This document shows positions 60,113 to 64,000 of a DNA stretch of 64,000 nt, in pieces; within the stretch, counting starts at the first letter, position 1, and each line of letters begins with the position of its first letter. The notes under the pieces are model-generated. The model was given only the letters and a program-made list of their open reading frames with translations, searched no databases and was not told where the DNA came from. The position numbers and the translations under genes were made by a program. Source of the DNA: a virus (taxonomy: Duplodnaviria > Caudoviricetes); IMG/VR virus record IMGVR_UViG_3300024269_000048, positions 9,799 to 73,798 of that record. One strand, 5' to 3'.

Positions 60113-61384
60113 GTGATATCTATGGCAAAAGCTATGGGCAAGAGTGCCCCTAAGAAGGCGATGACGACAACTAAAGACCCAGTGCCGGAATATGTGTGTC
60201 CGCATTGTGGCAAGACTAAAAAGAAGTCAGAATTTTATGTATCTTCCGATCCAGCCGTATCTATTGGTGTAGCTTTCCCGTGTAAAGAGTGTGCGGAAAA
60301 TATTGCTCGTAGATATGACCCCAAGACTGGTTCTTACTCCGATGTGACCGAAACATCTTTAAAAAATGCACTTATGTATTTAGATAAGCCATTTTTAAAA
60401 ACATTGTGGGATTCGGCATATAACGAGGTGCACGACGCATCATTGAAGCAACCAAAGCGTAATATGTGGGCAGCATATATTAAAAGTGTGCAGATGGTGA
60501 ATTATAAGACGATGCGCTGGAGAGATGGAGATTTTGATGACATAAAGGTGAATGAGGAAATTCATTCCGAAACAACCACCCTACCACAAAACCAAGAAGT
60601 TCTTGAGGAGTGCGAAAAGAATCGTAAGGATGTTATTAGGTTAATTGGGTATGATCCTTTTGATAAAGAGGCGCCAGAAGACCAGCCTCTTCTATATGCT
60701 CAGCTGATCGGTTATATAGATGGCGACGGCAATAACGACGATATGACTCGTATTCTTGATTGCATAGAAATGGTGCGTGGCTATTTACAAATGCAAAAAG
60801 TTAATGATATGGCAGCAAAGGCGTTTGCTAACTTGGCAAAGACTGGACAATCTGGCGAAATTAAAAATTATATGGATACCAAGAAGAAACTAGCTGATGT
60901 TATTAGCCAATTAGCCGAACAGAGTTGTATTAGTCAAAAACATAATAAGAACTCAAAGAAGGGCGAAAATACTTGGACTGGTAAGATTAAGATGCTCAAG
61001 GATCTAAATCTTCGTGAAGCTGAAAACAATGGCTTTGATATTGGTACTTGTCGTGGAATGCAACAAGTGTTGGAGATTAGCGATGCTTCTATTATGAAGC
61101 AATTGGCTCTTGATGAATCTGAATGGTCAGATATGGTTGCCGAACAGCGTCAGAAGATTGTTTCGTTACAGTCTGAAAGAGATATATATAAAGAAATTAA
61201 TAGAATACTTTTAAGAGAAAATATCGACCTCAGAGATACTTTATCTGAGAACGACCTACTTGATGAATCTAATTTGCAAAACCTTAAACAACTCTTCTCT
61301 GCTTTCTCGGATATAGAGAAAGATGATGAGGAAGACGAAGATTCGTTGGAAGATGCATCTAGTGAGGTGGATGCCGATGAATAA
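60113..61384 (+). CDS. putative terminase small subunit (zinc-finger N-terminus)
   Basis: CPHC...CKEC; immediately upstream of and overlapping large terminase. Confidence 0.55.
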   Translation: MISMAKAMGKSAPKKAMTTTKDPVPEYVCPHCGKTKKKSEFYVSSDPAVSIGVAFPCKECAENIARRYDPKTGSYSDVTETSLKNALMYLDKPFLKTLWDSAYNEVHDASLKQPKRNMWAAYIKSVQMVNYKTMRWRDGDFDDIKVNEEIHSETTTLPQNQEVLEECEKNRKDVIRLIGYDPFDKEAPEDQPLLYAQLIGYIDGDGNNDDMTRILDCIEMVRGYLQMQKVNDMAAKAFANLAKTGQSGEIKNYMDTKKKLADVISQLAEQSCISQKHNKNSKKGENTWTGKIKMLKDLNLREAENNGFDIGTCRGMQQVLEISDASIMKQLALDESEWSDMVAEQRQKIVSLQSERDIYKEINRILLRENIDLRDTLSENDLLDESNLQNLKQLFSAFSDIEKDDEEDEDSLEDASSEVDADE

Positions 61385-63443
61385 TCTGAATTTTAATGAT
61401 TATAAATTTAAAATTATAGAAAATATTGACGATGAAGACTTGCTAAGTATGTTCGATAGTGACAATGTCGTATATGTTAAACCTGGTATCTACGCAATGT
61501 CCACGAGAAAGCTTGAGGCTTTGATTAAAATTGCATATATACAAAAATATTATCAATGTAATCCAGTAAGATTTATTGATAACTTTTTTAATATTGAGTT
61601 ACTTGATGCACAGGCTTATATTGTTCAGAGAACTTGGAATTGCCCTAATGTTTTAGTGCTTGCGAGTCGTGGTTTTGGTAAGTCAACGGTAATCGACTTG
61701 ATTCTTATGGCCAAAGATATGTTATTCTCTAATATATGGACATACATAGCTTCGGGTACCGGTGGACAGGCAGAGCAGACATTTACCAAACTTGAACAGA
61801 TAGCAAACGACGGAATTGATGAGATGAAGGGTTCTACTGGATATATATTTAAAAATGAAGTCTCCATTAATAATGCCGCCGGTGATGGATTTAGTCACGG
61901 AAGTAATGGATTTAAATACACACTTTATAACGGTTCGTTTACACAGACTCTTAACAGTAATATCGACGCTAAGAGAGGCGCCAGAGGTTCCGTAGTATTT
62001 GATGAGTGTGGTTTCTTGTCTGACGAAATGATTAACGTTTATGGCGCATTTGCAGCCGTTAACAAAAACTTTGCATTAGGTAAGGATAGAGATGGACACT
62101 CTATTGACCCCATTCGTTTAAGAACATTTGCAACCAATATACCGAACCAAAAATTTTATATTAGTTCGGCGTCTGATACTAGCACGAAATTCTATAGGCT
62201 TTATAGAGAGTTCTCTAAGAAGCAGATAATGGGCGATAGAGATTATTGTGTTATTCAGGTTGACTGCGATGTAGTTCTTAACCCTACGATACACGGTGAA
62301 GCGGTTAACGCTCTTCTATCTCGTAGTACCATTGAATCCGAAATGCAGACTAACCCAGAGAAGGCACGTCGTGAGTACTATTGTCAGTTTACTTCTGATG
62401 CGGGTGCCGCAGCCATTATTAGGCGTGGTGTTATCGCTAGAAATAGTGAAACAAGAGTTCCTTTGCTTTATAACGATACAAATGACAAGAAGTTTGTTAT
62501 ATGTTATGACCCTGCGCGTAGTCGAGATAATAGCGTTATCTTGATTATGGAAATTTATATGGATGTGGCTACCAAGGAATATAAAGGCAGAATTGTCAAC
62601 TGCGTTAACTTGGTTGATATAGGCAAAAAGAGAAAAACTCCTATGCAGACCCCAGACCAGATTCAGTATTTGAAAGAACTTATTCTTGCATATAATGGAG
62701 ATGCTCCAGACTATGAAAATATTGAAGCTGTTATGATAGACGCCGGTTCTGGTGGAGGCGGCGTAAACATTGCCGACTATTTAATGGAAGATTGGGTTGA
62801 CGATAGAGGTAGAACTCATCGTGGCTTAATTGATAAAGAATATAGTGCAGATTATGTATCTAAATATCCCAATGCCATCGATAAGGTGAGACTAATGTCT
62901 CCTTCTCAATTCAAGTCAATGATGTGTGAGGCACTCATTGAAATGATGAATATGGATCTAATTAGTTTAACAACTGATTATGACCATAAGGGATATTTAA
63001 CTATATTTGAAACAGATGAAAAAGAGTTAAATAAAGAAAAGAAAAAGATTGAAGAAGAATTGAGAAAGCAAAGGGTGCCCGAGGATGAGATTCCCGTGAG
63101 GGCGCGAGAAATGCTCAAAGATGCTTCTTGTGTAAAAACCAAGATGGTTAAATTAGATCCTTATCAGGAAATTGCACTGAGTAATATAGACGCTCTTAAA
63201 GAAGAGATGGTTAATATTGTTCGTAAAAAGCGTGATAGTGGTAAGGATTCTTTTGATTTAATACCAGAAAAACAAAATAAACTTCATGATGACCGTTTCT
63301 ACTGTGCTTGTTTGGCCGCATATTGGCTATCTGAAAAGCGTAGAGAGAACATTACTTCTCGTAAGAAACTGGGAAATATGAAAGAAATACTTGATAAATT
63401 TGTAGTTTCTAATGGAAAACACATTGATAAAATTTTCGGATAG
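61323..63443 (+). CDS. terminase large subunit (SPbeta YonF-like)
   Basis: ASRGFGKST Walker A, VFDE Walker B, YDPARSRDNS, IDAGSGGGG, HDDRF nuclease motifs. Confidence 0.92.
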   Translation: MMRKTKIRWKMHLVRWMPMNNLNFNDYKFKIIENIDDEDLLSMFDSDNVVYVKPGIYAMSTRKLEALIKIAYIQKYYQCNPVRFIDNFFNIELLDAQAYIVQRTWNCPNVLVLASRGFGKSTVIDLILMAKDMLFSNIWTYIASGTGGQAEQTFTKLEQIANDGIDEMKGSTGYIFKNEVSINNAAGDGFSHGSNGFKYTLYNGSFTQTLNSNIDAKRGARGSVVFDECGFLSDEMINVYGAFAAVNKNFALGKDRDGHSIDPIRLRTFATNIPNQKFYISSASDTSTKFYRLYREFSKKQIMGDRDYCVIQVDCDVVLNPTIHGEAVNALLSRSTIESEMQTNPEKARREYYCQFTSDAGAAAIIRRGVIARNSETRVPLLYNDTNDKKFVICYDPARSRDNSVILIMEIYMDVATKEYKGRIVNCVNLVDIGKKRKTPMQTPDQIQYLKELILAYNGDAPDYENIEAVMIDAGSGGGGVNIADYLMEDWVDDRGRTHRGLIDKEYSADYVSKYPNAIDKVRLMSPSQFKSMMCEALIEMMNMDLISLTTDYDHKGYLTIFETDEKELNKEKKKIEEELRKQRVPEDEIPVRAREMLKDASCVKTKMVKLDPYQEIALSNIDALKEEMVNIVRKKRDSGKDSFDLIPEKQNKLHDDRFYCACLAAYWLSEKRRENITSRKKLGNMKEILDKFVVSNGKHIDKIFG

Positions 63444-63461
63444 AAAGGATGGTGAAGTGCC

Positions 63462-64000
63462 GTGGAAACTAAAGAAAAAATTGCAAAATTAAAAGAAGAT
63501 GAAAAGAGAACACAAATAAAGCAGTTCGCCGAAGAATTGAAGAATGTTTTACAATTGTTCAATCCAGAAAAAATTCCGAATAGAACAACTACAACATATA
63601 ACAGGGAGACTCTTAGAACCTATCTAAGAAACCCTGCAACTGAATCAAACAATCAAAACTTGAGAAAGCTCAGTAATTATCTTTATACGATTTCCCATGT
63701 TTATCGTCGTATGATTAGATTTAAGGCGCACCAGATGAATTGTAAGGTTTGGAGTGCCTATCCTATTGTTAGTATGCTTGAAGAAAATGACGAAGAGTCT
63801 ATTTTGAAGGAGTATGAGCGCGTCGTTAATATTGTGACAAATATGAACATGAAGTCTCAGATATTTAAGATGAACCTTCTTGCTTGGAAGCATGGTGTAT
63901 CATATGGATTTTGTTATGGAGATCCTGAGGGCGAAGGAAGTTTTTATATTCATCCTTTAGACCCCGATCGTTGCAAGGTGTCTTGTGCGTCGTTTGATAA
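63462..64000 (+). CDS. portal protein, N-terminal part (runs off window end)
   Basis: Hand translation from GTG 63462: ...RETLRTYLRNP..NQNLRKLSNYLY.ISHVYRRMI...; follows terminase. Confidence 0.7.
   Translation, partial: METKEKIAKLKEDEKRTQIKQFAEELKNVLQLFNPEKIPNRTTTTYNRETLRTYLRNPATESNNQNLRKLSNYLYTISHVYRRMIRFKAHQMNCKVWSAYPIVSMLEENDEESILKEYERVVNIVTNMNMKSQIFKMNLLAWKHGVSYGFCYGDPEGEGSFYIHPLDPDRCKVSCASFD

Noticed and set aside
61323-63443. Intein or intron in terminase, helicase or RNAP
   Set aside because: No C/S...HN splice motifs or LAGLIDADG blocks; the charged insertion in terminase (~KELNKEKKKIEEE) is short and helical
2271-63893. Numerous antisense ORFs (e.g. 3814-4362, 21244-21999, 34631-35098, 51580-51987)
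   Set aside because: They lie opposite well-supported genes and show shadow-frame composition
1-64000. Stop-codon reassignment (alternative genetic code)
   Set aside because: Long core genes are intact in the standard code and no suppressor tRNA was seen

Overview
This window is part of a large, AT-rich Firmicutes (probably Clostridia-type) phage or prophage genome organised like SPbeta. The left ~40 kb is transcribed on the minus strand. It carries a primase, DnaB-like helicase, AAA ATPase, GIY-YIG endonuclease, an MrpR/YopR-like regulator next to a tyrosine recombinase, and dozens of small early genes. A ~1.65 kb divergent non-coding region with extreme C/G skew follows. The plus-strand arm carries a Thg1-like enzyme, phosphoesterases, a YonO-like single-subunit RNA polymerase, ClpP-like and beta-CASP proteins, 8 tRNAs, HU, terminase and the start of a portal gene. 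The most striking element is a stand-alone reverse transcriptase (23563-24825, YSDD). Directly downstream lies an array of six ~167-176 nt units, and two more units sit beyond two embedded genes. Each unit has conserved flanking motifs around a ~80-90 nt hairpin whose sequence is different in every unit. I do not recognise this architecture as a retron, DGR, group II intron or CRISPR array. Several recurring cis-motifs also define a phage regulatory grammar: ACAAAATGATT x17, tandem TTGTAAA 15 nt upstream of -35 x4, and a LexA box. All family assignments come from motif recognition by eye; no database search was run.
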